Source: Desulfosudaceae bacterium (lineage in GTDB: Bacteria; Desulfobacterota; Desulfobacteria; Desulfobacterales; Desulfosudaceae). Taken from it: a stretch of 64,000 bases of DNA. How positions within the stretch are numbered: position 1 is the stretch's first letter; every line of letters starts with the position of its first letter. The stretch spans positions 32,001 to 96,000 of the forward strand of contig CAXXDV010000002.1 in NCBI GenBank assembly GCA_963674745.2. Direction: 5' to 3'. This document shows positions 32,012 through 41,472 of the stretch, in pieces. The position numbers and the translations under genes are program-made. The notes below the pieces were generated by a model. That model was not told the DNA's origin. It made no database searches and was given only the letters and a program-made list of their open reading frames with translations.

Positions 32012-33256
32012 TTATATATGTCTTAATGCTACCACCGGTTCCATTTCGGCGGCTTTAACCGCCGGATAAAGACCTGAGATAAGGCCTACCGCAATGGACA
32101 TGAACAGGGCCGACAGTACCGGCCAGACGGTGATGGTCGCCCGCCATTGAATAAACAGATTGACCCCCAGAGCCGCAAAGGCCCCGAGAACGATACCCAG
32201 AACGCCGCCCATCAGGGTTAACAGGATCGATTCACCCAGAAAGTGGATGATAATGTGCTGCCTGCTGGCGCCGATGGCCCGGCGGATGCCGATTTCACGG
32301 GTTCTTTCCGAGACATTGGCCAGCATGATATTCATGATGCCGATACCGCCCACCAGAAGGGATATGCCGGCAATGCTTCCCAGGACGATATTGAACAGGC
32401 GCTGGGTTTTTTGGGCCTGTAAAAGCAGTTCTTTGGGGACAATGATCTCAAAATTTTCAACCCCGTTCCGGTGCCGGAGCAGGGCGTGCCGGACCGCCCC
32501 GGTCACGGCGTTGATGGTCTGGCTGTCGGATATTTTTAATATCATTTCCGACAGGCCAGAATCGGCCACAACGGCTTCGCCGGCGCCGTGTAACGGGATA
32601 AAGGCGGTGTTGTCAAAATCGTGAAGGGCCACCGGCAGGACGTCGTTGTCAATTCTGCCGCGAGGCCGAAGAACACCCACCACGCGAAAAGGGTCCCCGT
32701 CAAAATGAACGGTTGATCCCGGTGCCGCACCCGACCTGATCCTTCTGGCCAGTTTCGCACCCAGGACGCACACCTGGTGGTTGTTACGCACGTCAATATC
32801 TGAAATAAAACGGCCGCCGGACAGTTTCAAGCCACGTACAGAGGCGTAATCCTGGTCGACGGCCAGGGTCTTGATGACATCCGATTCTCCCAGTTCGGCC
32901 AGAAATGAATTGGTCTGCCTGACAACGGTGATGTCTTCAACACCCGGGATCTGTCGCATGGCACCTAAATCCCTGTATCCCAGTTCGTCAGGCGCGGACG
33001 CCGGCGGCCCGTCCGGTTCCACATTATTCACCTCTGCATGACGGATGATAATGGTGTCAATTCCCAAACGGCCGATCTGCTCAATGGCCTCTTTTTTGGC
33101 TCCTTCGGCAATGGCCAGCATGGTAACCACGGCGGCTACGGCAAAGACAATGCCCAGAACGCTCAAAAAGCTCCTCAGCCGATGCAGGGCCAGGGCCTTC
33201 CATGCCTGTTTGACAATGTCGCGGCTACGGCCGGTTATGATGCTGAAGCTACTCAT
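32012..33256 (-). CDS. MacB/FtsX-like ABC permease
   Basis: RLRSFLSVLGI, ISLLVGGIGIMNIML, ERTREIGIRRAIGA, GLYPA. Confidence 0.93.
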   Translation of the reverse strand: MSSFSIITGRSRDIVKQAWKALALHRLRSFLSVLGIVFAVAAVVTMLAIAEGAKKEAIEQIGRLGIDTIIIRHAEVNNVEPDGPPASAPDELGYRDLGAMRQIPGVEDITVVRQTNSFLAELGESDVIKTLAVDQDYASVRGLKLSGGRFISDIDVRNNHQVCVLGAKLARRIRSGAAPGSTVHFDGDPFRVVGVLRPRGRIDNDVLPVALHDFDNTAFIPLHGAGEAVVADSGLSEMILKISDSQTINAVTGAVRHALLRHRNGVENFEIIVPKELLLQAQKTQRLFNIVLGSIAGISLLVGGIGIMNIMLANVSERTREIGIRRAIGASRQHIIIHFLGESILLTLMGGVLGIVLGAFAALGVNLFIQWRATITVWPVLSALFMSIAVGLISGLYPAVKAAEMEPVVALRHI

Positions 33257-33935
33257 TAATTAAGCCGTTATGAATATGCAGCACCGTGTCCGCCTGCCGT
33301 GCGACCTCATCTTCATGGGTCACCACGATCAGGGAGGTGCCTTTTTCATTAATCTGTCTGAAAATTTTTAAAATCTCCCGGGTATTGTCCGAATCCAGGT
33401 TTCCGGTAGGCTCATCGGCCAGCATGATCAAGGGATCAATAACCAGGGCCCGGGCAATGGCTGCCCGTTGCAATTCCCCGCCGGAAAGCTGGCTGGGAAG
33501 GTGGGTGATCCGTTTGGACAGGCCTACCCGGTCCAGGGCCGCAGTCGTCCGTTCCTGAATATTGTCCGGCGGGTCGTTATGGTACATAAACGGCATGGCA
33601 ATATTTTCCATCATCGTACATTGGGCGATGAGGTTATAAGCCTGGAAAACAAATCCGATCCGACTGGCCCTGATCAAAGACAACGCCTGGTCGTCAAGGC
33701 CGGCTGTATCCTGGCCGTTTAAGAGGTATCGGCCCTCGTCCGGCCGGTCCAGGCAACCCAGAATGTGCATCAGGGTCGATTTCCCGGAACCGGACGGTCC
33801 CATGATCGCCATAAACTGACCCGGATATAACGTAATATCCACCCCGCGTAAAGGATAAACGCGGTCATCGCCCGAGGGGTAGCTTTTGCGTAACCCCCGG
33901 GCCTGGATGATGGGCTCGGCGCCGGTCATGGTCAT
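33249..33935 (-). CDS. MacB/LolD-like ABC ATP-binding protein
   Basis: GPSGSGKST, LSGGELQR, LADEPTGNLD, VTHE. Confidence 0.95.
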   Translation of the reverse strand: MTMTGAEPIIQARGLRKSYPSGDDRVYPLRGVDITLYPGQFMAIMGPSGSGKSTLMHILGCLDRPDEGRYLLNGQDTAGLDDQALSLIRASRIGFVFQAYNLIAQCTMMENIAMPFMYHNDPPDNIQERTTAALDRVGLSKRITHLPSQLSGGELQRAAIARALVIDPLIMLADEPTGNLDSDNTREILKIFRQINEKGTSLIVVTHEDEVARQADTVLHIHNGLINE

Positions 33936-33990
33936 TTCCCCTTTTTAATAAAATATTTGTTTTTATTCCGCTTTTCTTTGACTTAGTTAT

Positions 33991-34290
33991 CTTCTTTTCT
34001 TTGGTGCAAAGAAAAGAAGCAAAAGAAACATCGCCCGGCAGCTTGGCCTTCGGCTTCCCTCGTTCAGGCAATGGCCACGGAACGGAAAGGAACTCGCTGG
34101 ATCTTCGTCATTAAAGTATATTTTACGATTCTGTATGATGCTGTCATTTTAACCGTATTTCAGAAGTCCGCCGCTAAAACAGCCTTTCCGTTTCTCTCCG
34201 TGCCCATCACCTTCACTCGGCGGCGCTGCAACGGGCAGGGCAAACTGTCCTTAATTCACGAAAAACCAGGATTTAAACACCGCAAGGAAG
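33991..34290 (+). repeat. Structured repeat element, copy 1 (full length)
   Basis: 13-bp hairpin CTTCTTTTCTTTG-GTG-CAAAGAAAAGAAG, CAAAAGAAAC, then a long imperfect stem with AACTCGCT (34091) / CGCTAAAACA (34172), ending TGCAACGGGCAGGGC. Confidence 0.8.
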
Positions 34291-34301
34291 GGGGTGTGTT
34301 T

Positions 34302-34544
34302 TTATTGATCGGAACGTTCCCATTCAATTTCAATCCCGTCCCTGGAACCCAGTTCATTCCTCAAAAGTGTGAGCAATTCCTGGTCGATACCTCTTTCTTC
34401 AAACACATCAAGGGTATCTGCATTGATGTAATAATCTTTGTCCTCACTGGATTCTTCTTCGAGCTGATCGATTAAAAACTGTAACTGTTCTTCGCTGATG
34501 GTCCCAATGATCTGGTTCGTTTCCTGGTTGCGAAGTTTAATCAT
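34302..34544 (-). CDS. Small acidic hypothetical protein (80 aa)
   Basis: GGAGGAG RBS; MIKLRNQETNQIIGTISEEQLQFLIDQLEEES... Confidence 0.8.
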   Translation of the reverse strand: MIKLRNQETNQIIGTISEEQLQFLIDQLEEESSEDKDYYINADTLDVFEERGIDQELLTLLRNELGSRDGIEIEWERSDQ

Positions 34545-34600
34545 TTTCTCCTCCTTTTGTCGTATGTGTTTTTAATCTAGTTCTCTTTGACGCTTTATCT

Positions 34601-34726
34601 CTTCTTTTCTTTGGTGCAGAGAAAAGAAGCAAAAGAAACACCGCCTCCGCCTGGCTGGTTTGCAACGGGCAGGGCAATTGTCCTTTATTCACCTTATATT
34701 CAGGGATTAAATATAGCAAGGATGGG
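34601..34726 (+). repeat. Structured repeat element, copy 2 (internally deleted)
   Basis: Same terminal hairpin and CAAAAGAAAC, then TGCAACGGGCAGGGCAA.TGTCCTT.ATTCAC shared with copy 1; the central stem is absent. Confidence 0.8.
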
Positions 34727-34786
34727 GCAAAATCAGTGCCATTCATCGTTATTCAAGAGGCTCGCCTTCGCTGGCGGAGTCGTTAT

Positions 34787-35578
34787 TTATAATCCCCACC
34801 TGTAATAATTCCGGGTTGTTTTAACGCCAAAGATCGGAAAAAATTTAATAAATACAAATAGAAGCGGATGATTTTGCTTCATAATTTTTAAAGCATACCC
34901 GTCTGCTTCTTTTTCCTTATCAGGATCGGTTCCGAATTTGTGTCTGTGTTTATGATGGCCTATTTCATGATAAAGCACTTTTTCAGTCAACAATGCGTGG
35001 AATCTAAAAGCGAGTGAGTTGTCCTTGAAGCGGTTTTCCCATAACAGGGCAATGGAATATATTATCGGTGTGTACGTTCCGGCGGCATTAATTTTTTCCC
35101 CGGTGATGACATACAGGCGGCTGATATTTTTTAAATCCTTTTCCGGAACGGTTTTCAGCCATTTTTCTAAGTGAAAACGGATTTCACATTTTGAATGAAT
35201 CTGCTTGTGCTCGAAAACCTCAATGCCCATTATCGGGTATCTTTTGTAGTTATCAACCGAGAATTGGTTAACTGAGTCCAGAATCGCCTTGACGTGTCTG
35301 GGACAACCGTTTGACAGGACTCTATCGCGAACATTTGTCGCTTCAGTTTCATCAAGATCATGAAGTAGTGAGTAAAGGCCGGAGACATAAGCGGACAACT
35401 CTTTGTATCTTGACTTAGACCAATCAAGTTCGAGAATTTTTTCTTTAAGCAGGGGAATTACAGGCCGACCGATTTCATAAAGATTTTTATGGGCTTCGAA
35501 AGCAACCGGATATGATGGCTGCATCAAACCACGGCATAGCTGTTTGAAATTATCTTGAATGGATTTGTCGATGTTCAT
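34787..35578 (-). CDS. AT-rich hypothetical protein with HExxH (zincin-like) motif
   Basis: 263 aa, VLYHEIGHH...EKEADGYA; visibly lower GC than the flanking genes. Confidence 0.7.
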   Translation of the reverse strand: MNIDKSIQDNFKQLCRGLMQPSYPVAFEAHKNLYEIGRPVIPLLKEKILELDWSKSRYKELSAYVSGLYSLLHDLDETEATNVRDRVLSNGCPRHVKAILDSVNQFSVDNYKRYPIMGIEVFEHKQIHSKCEIRFHLEKWLKTVPEKDLKNISRLYVITGEKINAAGTYTPIIYSIALLWENRFKDNSLAFRFHALLTEKVLYHEIGHHKHRHKFGTDPDKEKEADGYALKIMKQNHPLLFVFIKFFPIFGVKTTRNYYRWGL

Positions 35579-35705
35579 ATTTATCGAACTGTTCGGCTAT
35601 GTTATCTTTTGTGTTTTGTACACCGGCAGACAAGTAGCCTGTGCTGCCCTGATGTAACTGGATCGGAATAAGGGTAAAACCTTTCCAATAATGTTTAGGC
35701 CTCCG

Positions 35706-35953
35706 GCCCGTTGCAGCGCAGCCCCGTTTGTGGGCGGAATTTTTCGGCAACAGTGGGCAGACTGTTTGAGCGCCGGCTGCCTTCTGAATAGCAATAATGA
35801 GAAAAAAAAGGCGTACCTGCAAACAGCCTTTGAGTGTGTCCATCAAGCGAGTTTCTGCCCACGCCGGAAAATCCGGCTGCAAACGGGATCAGCTGCGGTG
35901 CCGGGCCATGTTTCTTTTGCTTCTTTTCTTTGCGCCAAAGAAAAGAAGAGATA
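35706..35953 (-). repeat. Structured repeat element, copy 3 (inverted)
   Basis: Minus strand: CTTCTTTTCTTTG-GCG-CAAAGAAAAGAAG CAAAAGAAAC...AACTCGCT...TTCAGAAG...CGCTCAAACA...TGCAACGGGC. Confidence 0.8.
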
Positions 35954-36019
35954 AAAACAAAATAAAAATAAGATATATATCTCACAAAAAAAGAGGGCCT
36001 CGTAATTCAAGGTTAAAAA

Positions 36020-37486
36020 TTACAAATTTTTAACCTTGAACTGCGGCGGCCGGCTCAAGGCAATCTCATCCCCTTCTTCCACCCCTTTTTGAATCTCTAC
36101 CAGCTCTTCATTCTGAGCGCCCGTGATAACGATTCGTTTTTTAAATCCCCATGCCCCCTTGATAAATACAATATTTTCTTCGCCTTCCATAAATACGGCA
36201 AAGGCGGGTACCGCCAGAACATCAGCGGCCCGGCTGCAGATGATGTTGACCCTGGCGGTCATTCCCGGCCTGAGGCGGGGGGTGGAATGCGCCAGGCTGA
36301 TGGTGACACTGAAGTGACGGCCGGTTTTGCGGTTTTCACGACCGCTGTCCGCCAGCACACCGATGGACGTCACCCGGCCTTTGAGCACCAGGTCAGGATA
36401 AGCGTCTACGGTGGCGAGTACGGGTTTGCCGACGTCAATCTTGTGAAGGTCCACTTCTCTCACCCGGGACTTGATGATCATTTTCGAGATATCCGGCAGA
36501 TAGACCAATGGCTGATTCTGCCAGACCTGGTCACCGATCCGCGGTGTTCGAAAAACATTGCCCCGGTTCTGTTTGGCCAGCACGACCATGCCCGGACTGG
36601 GGGCCTTGATGACGGCAGCTTCGAGTTCCTGCTCAGCTCTTTCCAGGTTCTGTTTGGCCGCCGCCAGCTCCTGCTCGGCGTTGGCCAAAGCCGCCATGGC
36701 CTGGCCGATTTTATGACCGCCGCCCTTTTTCGTTTGTTCCAGGGATACTTCGGCCGCTTCTATGGATGCCCGGGCTTTTTCGATCTGTACCGGCAGGAGG
36801 TGGTCCCGGTAACTTGAAAGCTGCATGTTGACCATGCGGTAAGCCTGTTCGGCTTCTTTGATCTGGTTTTTGATCTGTTCCTGCTCGGTGGGGTTGGCAA
36901 AACCTTTTTGGACCAGTTTTTCTAAAGAGGACCGGTAATGTTTCTTTTTTTCATAATCTTCCCGGGCTTTTGCGGCTTCGATTTCCAGGCGCGCCAGCTC
37001 CCTTGGGCCTTCACCTTTTTCAAGGCGGCGAAGTTCCAGGCGGGCAATTTGCAGGTCGCTCCGGGCTCTGTTGATTTCCCGTGCCGCCTGGTTTTTTTCC
37101 CATTCCAGCAGCTCTTCTTTGGCCTTGACCAGTGTGTCCAGTTCAATCACTTTCGAACGAAGCCTTAAAACCTCTTCCTGGAAAGCTGTGGGGTCCAGGC
37201 GAACCAGGACCTCTCCGGCTTCAACCTGCTTTCCGTCTTCCACCAGTTCAATGATCTTGCCCCGGTCACCCCGAACCGATGAGCTCAGGATAACCGATTG
37301 GGCCGCATCCAGTTCACCAACCGTGCGCACTTCGACCACCATGTCGGTGCGGATGACCTCGGCGGTTAAAATGTCTTCGGCCTTATCCGTGTCGGCCCCC
37401 CAATACCGGTGAACAAAAAAGATCAGCAGGATCACCGCGGCGATTAACAAAAAGATCGTTTTTTTATTTTTCTCTATTGGCATCAA
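36020..37486 (-). CDS. Periplasmic adaptor / membrane fusion protein (MacA/HlyD-like)
   Basis: N-terminal TM, VEDGKQVEAGEVLVRLD, long coiled coil, IKAPSPGMV, LRPGMTA. Confidence 0.9.
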   Translation of the reverse strand: MMPIEKNKKTIFLLIAAVILLIFFVHRYWGADTDKAEDILTAEVIRTDMVVEVRTVGELDAAQSVILSSSVRGDRGKIIELVEDGKQVEAGEVLVRLDPTAFQEEVLRLRSKVIELDTLVKAKEELLEWEKNQAAREINRARSDLQIARLELRRLEKGEGPRELARLEIEAAKAREDYEKKKHYRSSLEKLVQKGFANPTEQEQIKNQIKEAEQAYRMVNMQLSSYRDHLLPVQIEKARASIEAAEVSLEQTKKGGGHKIGQAMAALANAEQELAAAKQNLERAEQELEAAVIKAPSPGMVVLAKQNRGNVFRTPRIGDQVWQNQPLVYLPDISKMIIKSRVREVDLHKIDVGKPVLATVDAYPDLVLKGRVTSIGVLADSGRENRKTGRHFSVTISLAHSTPRLRPGMTARVNIICSRAADVLAVPAFAVFMEGEENIVFIKGAWGFKKRIVITGAQNEELVEIQKGVEEGDEIALSRPPQFKVKNL

Positions 37487-37493
37487 TCAACCT

Positions 37494-38963
37494 TCAATCC
37501 GCCGGCAAAACCGATTCGGCTGGATGTTTTGCAGGCCGTGAGGGCCCGGCATCGGCCTGATTGATCAGCGTGCCGATGGCCTTGCGCAACCGGTACTGGC
37601 CGACAATATACTCGATGACCGCCGAAACCAGCTGGGTTTCCGAACGGCGCAGCGCGGTCTCGGCATCAATCAGATCAATGTTGTCGGTCAAACCGTGTTC
37701 GAATTTTACCCTGGCCAGCTCAAGCTGTCCCCGGGCCTGTTGAATCTGATCTTCCTGGGTGGTAATGGCCTTGTCCTGTCGTTCCATATTGCGCAGTTCA
37801 CGTTTTACGCCGGCAACAATTTCGTCTTTTAAGATGCGCTGCCGCCGAACCGTTTGCTGCACACTGATCATGCTTTCCTCAAAGGCGGCTTTCTCCGTTG
37901 TCCGCCACAAATCGGTCGATGACCCCAGGCTGAACCCCCAGGTCGTTTCATCCGGTTTCGAGTCGGAAAAATGCTCAGCCGGGTCCCCGGTAAAATTGAC
38001 TGACAGGCCGATGTCCAGTTCCGGAAGCGTATTCTTTCTGGCGTTGTCGGCCAGGCGTCGGGCTTCGGCCAGTTCATCCCGCACCTGTTCCAGTTCCACC
38101 CGGTTGTCCAGGGCGGTTTGAATCATTTCCTGTTCATCCGGATAGATACGGTCAAAATCCAGGGGCAGGGATATCTTCATATCCTCTTTTAAGGGCAGGG
38201 CCAGAAATATTTTAATGGTATCCAGGGCGTCAACATAGCTCTGCCGGCTCTGGTTGAGTTCTTCTTCAGCCTGATTGCGCTGGATGCGGACCCGGTAAAG
38301 GTCCATGGTGGAGACCAGTCCCATTTGTTTTTTGATGGCGGTTGCCTCTTCCAGATCTTTCAGCCGCTGGTATGACTCTTCCCGCAGGCGGAGGGTTTCC
38401 CGCTGGCGGATGACTTCATAGGCATAGCGCACGGCATTGATAACCGTGTCGACCGCTTTTAAGTAACTGGATCGCAGGGCCGTTCGTTCACTGAAACGGG
38501 CACTGTATACGCCGGACAGATTATAGGCCCTGCCGGCGCCGCGCAACAGCGGCTGGACAATATCGAGACGAATCCGGTTCTGGTATGAATCTTCGGTTTT
38601 AAAAACAGACGGTGTCAGATCGACCCGGGTGCCGAACGGGATCTTTTTTTCCAGGCTTACGGACAGGCCGTAGTCTTTTTCGGTATCCTGTTCGTCTCCT
38701 CCGGAAAAATTGACGCTGGCACCGGGATATATCTTGAGTTCAAACTCGGATCTCGCGGTTGCCAGCCGGAGCCCGGCCCGCCGCACCTCATCCAGGGCGT
38801 CGATCATGCCCCAGCTGGCTTCCAGGGACCGGTTGATGATGCTTTCCAGATCCCAGGCATCGTTACCTGTAGCCCGTCCCGATGGCGGCAGGAGCAAGAT
38901 GACAAATACCACAACAAACAGCGGTGTTATCTTTCTGTTAGATTGGAGTGCCGGTGCCGTCAT
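37494..38963 (-). CDS. TolC-family outer-membrane channel
   Basis: Signal peptide, IVQPLLRGAG, ALDNRVEL, FEHGLTDNIDLIDAE; start set at ATG 38963 because GTG 39032 lies within a hairpin. Confidence 0.85.
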   Translation of the reverse strand: MTAPALQSNRKITPLFVVVFVILLLPPSGRATGNDAWDLESIINRSLEASWGMIDALDEVRRAGLRLATARSEFELKIYPGASVNFSGGDEQDTEKDYGLSVSLEKKIPFGTRVDLTPSVFKTEDSYQNRIRLDIVQPLLRGAGRAYNLSGVYSARFSERTALRSSYLKAVDTVINAVRYAYEVIRQRETLRLREESYQRLKDLEEATAIKKQMGLVSTMDLYRVRIQRNQAEEELNQSRQSYVDALDTIKIFLALPLKEDMKISLPLDFDRIYPDEQEMIQTALDNRVELEQVRDELAEARRLADNARKNTLPELDIGLSVNFTGDPAEHFSDSKPDETTWGFSLGSSTDLWRTTEKAAFEESMISVQQTVRRQRILKDEIVAGVKRELRNMERQDKAITTQEDQIQQARGQLELARVKFEHGLTDNIDLIDAETALRRSETQLVSAVIEYIVGQYRLRKAIGTLINQADAGPSRPAKHPAESVLPAD

Positions 38964-39017
38964 CCTGTTTCTATCATAACGGTTTGGATGTTGATGGTTT
39001 TTTGCCGGTATCTCTAA

Positions 39018-39055
39018 TAGCACAGCTCCCACGCAAAGGCTTGGGAGCTGTGTTA
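39018..39055. terminator. Stem-loop between the paralog pair and tolC
   Basis: TAGCACAGCTCCCA-N10-TGGGAGCTGTGTTA. Confidence 0.55.
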
Positions 39056-39106
39056 ATGGTAAATACCGATTTTTATTGCAGGCGACTCAAAGATCGTAAG
39101 GCTGCG

Positions 39107-40198
39107 TCATCGCTTAAAGTTTAATGTCCAGCCGTTGTTAGTCGAATCCAGAACAAAGCTTTTTGAATCTCCGCTGGCATATCCTTCGTAAATCGCCCCG
39201 GCGTCAAAATTCATTGTCAGATAGGTGCCGGAAAGCGACCAGTTACCACCACCCGCTTCTGTTGAAGGGGATGTGTCACCGAGATGGAGCGTGGAAAGAT
39301 TATATGAAAAGGAACCATTTTCATTATAGGTTATCTTTCCCGAAGTGGTCGATCCAGCCGGGTGGCTCCCGGTTACGCTCCATGTACCCACAATGGTATC
39401 TTCCGTCAGTTCCTTCCCACCTGAACTGCTACCCCCACCACCGCCGCCGATGGCCGCTGCAGCACCACCCAGGGCGGCAGCGCCGAGAACACCCGCGCCA
39501 ACCAGAAAGGCCGTGCTGAATCCGGCGGTCGTGGCAGTGACGGTGCCGGCCGACGTGGATGAGGCGGCTTGGCCGCTGGTATGAGATTTTTTGTCTTTGG
39601 TCAGGTAATACAGTCCGCCGGCGACAACACCGAAACGCAGCCCGGATTCGACCTTGTTCATGACAATATTATCCGTGAACCCGGGAAGTTCGTGCGGCAC
39701 CTTATCCAGTTCCATGCTGACCTGGATTTCACTTTTGTCAGGCGCATACTGCCAGGCCGGGGTATCCTCCGACAAGTCCCTTTCTATGGTAAACGGCTGT
39801 GTTTTGACGATCTGGTTATTATTGTTGACCGTCAGAAACAGGTATTCAATTTTTGCCGTGGCTGTTGACGGGGCAGGCAGACGGGCGGAAAAAAATGCGC
39901 CATCGCTGCCGCCGCCGGTCTGGGTCGCGGGCACAAACACAAAGTCGGCCTGGCCGGACCCTTTAAAATAACACCGGACCAGTTTGGTGCCGGCCGGATC
40001 TTTGACAGCGACATCCAGCTGGATGCGGTGTTTGGGCACAAAATAGTCCGGCGGATTATGCTTTATGGCTGTTTCGACTGTGGCGGCTGTGGCTGCCACC
40101 GGCATGAAGGTGGTAAATACAAAGGTAAAGCAGGTGATCATCAGGATCAGGACTTTACCCGGGCCGTTCTGTTTTAACATTTTCCGCATTCCAAACAT
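39107..40198 (-). CDS. Exported protein, paralog B (beta-rich N-domain, Gly/Ala hydrophobic segment, poly-Gly, beta-rich C-domain)
   Basis: Signal peptide; N-terminal about 250 aa clearly homologous to 40229..41416. Confidence 0.8.
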   Translation of the reverse strand: MFGMRKMLKQNGPGKVLILMITCFTFVFTTFMPVAATAATVETAIKHNPPDYFVPKHRIQLDVAVKDPAGTKLVRCYFKGSGQADFVFVPATQTGGGSDGAFFSARLPAPSTATAKIEYLFLTVNNNNQIVKTQPFTIERDLSEDTPAWQYAPDKSEIQVSMELDKVPHELPGFTDNIVMNKVESGLRFGVVAGGLYYLTKDKKSHTSGQAASSTSAGTVTATTAGFSTAFLVGAGVLGAAALGGAAAAIGGGGGGSSSGGKELTEDTIVGTWSVTGSHPAGSTTSGKITYNENGSFSYNLSTLHLGDTSPSTEAGGGNWSLSGTYLTMNFDAGAIYEGYASGDSKSFVLDSTNNGWTLNFKR

Positions 40199-40228
40199 TT
40201 ATTGCTCCTTTTACTTTTCAGAAGTTCA

Positions 40229-41416
40229 TTATCGAGAAAAGTTGTATACCCCATGACCGGAGCCACCGGTGGTGTCCAGTACAAATGCCTGATCATCCCC
40301 GGTGGCCGATCCGATCCAGGGAGAAATGCTGATAAAATAAAGGGACAGGCTGTTCCCGGACAAAAACCAGGAACCGGTACCGGCTTCGTTCCCATAACCG
40401 TCTCCGTTTACGACCATGTAACTCATTGTCCCGCCTGAAGAGAACGTCATCGTTCCACTCCGTGAAACAAGGTCATACCGATAGCCGGAAAAGTTCCAGT
40501 CACCCAATATCGTGGTTTCGTCAAGGGGGTTCGCTGTCGGCGTCGGCGTCGGTGTCGGCGGCGGTGTCGGTGTCGGGGTCGGGGTCGGTGTCGGGGAAGG
40601 CGGTGGCGTCGGTGACGGTGTGGGCGGGTCCTTCTTGTCACTGCTGCCGCCACCGCCACCGCCGCCGGATAAAGCAATCGCACCGCCCACCACGGCCGCG
40701 CCCAGGACGCCGGCCCCGACCAGGAATTTGGTGCTGTAACCGGCCGCCTTGGCGGTGATTTCACCGGCATAGTTGGATGAGGCCGCCCTGCCGGTGGTGT
40801 GGGATTTTTTGTCTTTGGTCAGGTAATATAACCCGCCGGCCACCAGGCCGAACCGGGCGCCTGACTCGATTTTGTTTATGGCAATATTATCTGTAAAACC
40901 ACGCAGTTCGGACGGGACCTTGTCCAGTTCCATGCTGACCTGGATCTGGTCCTTGCCGGCCCCATGCTGCCAGGCCGGGGCCTTGTCCTTATTCTCCCCG
41001 ATAATGGTAAAAGTTTGCGTTTTGATGACATTATTGTTGTTGTTGACCACCAGGAAAAGGTATTTGACCTGTTTTGTGCCCGGAGTAGGCGCGGGGAGAA
41101 CACCGGAATAAAGAACGCCTTTACTGGTACCCCCGGTTCTGGTCATGGGAACGAAAACATAGTCCGCCTCACCGGCCGCCTTAAAATAGCAGCGAACCAC
41201 ACTGACGCCGGCCGGGTCACTGACCGTGGCATCCAGCTGGAGCCGGTATCCCGGCACGAAATACGCCGGCGGGCCGTGGACCACACCGGTCTGAACACCG
41301 GCGGGGGCGGCTGTGATCGGCATGATGGTGGTAAATACCAGGGTGAGACTGGTCAGCATGATGACCATCACTTTTCCCGGGCCATTTCGTTTTAGCATTT
41401 TACGTATTCCAAACAT
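40229..41416 (-). CDS. Exported protein, paralog A, with Pro-Thr linker
   Basis: AGGAGGA RBS before ATG 41416; same architecture as paralog B plus a (PT)n tract at about 40536-40627. Confidence 0.8.
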   Translation of the reverse strand: MFGIRKMLKRNGPGKVMVIMLTSLTLVFTTIMPITAAPAGVQTGVVHGPPAYFVPGYRLQLDATVSDPAGVSVVRCYFKAAGEADYVFVPMTRTGGTSKGVLYSGVLPAPTPGTKQVKYLFLVVNNNNNVIKTQTFTIIGENKDKAPAWQHGAGKDQIQVSMELDKVPSELRGFTDNIAINKIESGARFGLVAGGLYYLTKDKKSHTTGRAASSNYAGEITAKAAGYSTKFLVGAGVLGAAVVGGAIALSGGGGGGGSSDKKDPPTPSPTPPPSPTPTPTPTPTPPPTPTPTPTANPLDETTILGDWNFSGYRYDLVSRSGTMTFSSGGTMSYMVVNGDGYGNEAGTGSWFLSGNSLSLYFISISPWIGSATGDDQAFVLDTTGGSGHGVYNFSR

Positions 41417-41472
41417 GAAATCCTCCTGCATTTTCGTGTTGTTGGCTTGATAACTAAAAGTTGCTTGTCTAT

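Noticed and set aside
33991..35953. Integron attC sites or an autonomous IS
   Set aside because: No convincing RYYYAAC/GTTRRRY-bounded sites, mixed orientation, and no integrase or transposase ORF
33865..35985. Short ORFs across the repeats (33865..34071, 34071..34475, 34537..34746, 35550..35882, 35691..35954)
   Set aside because: They are translations of the repeat itself (the same FASFLC/LLLLF peptides recur) with no protein features
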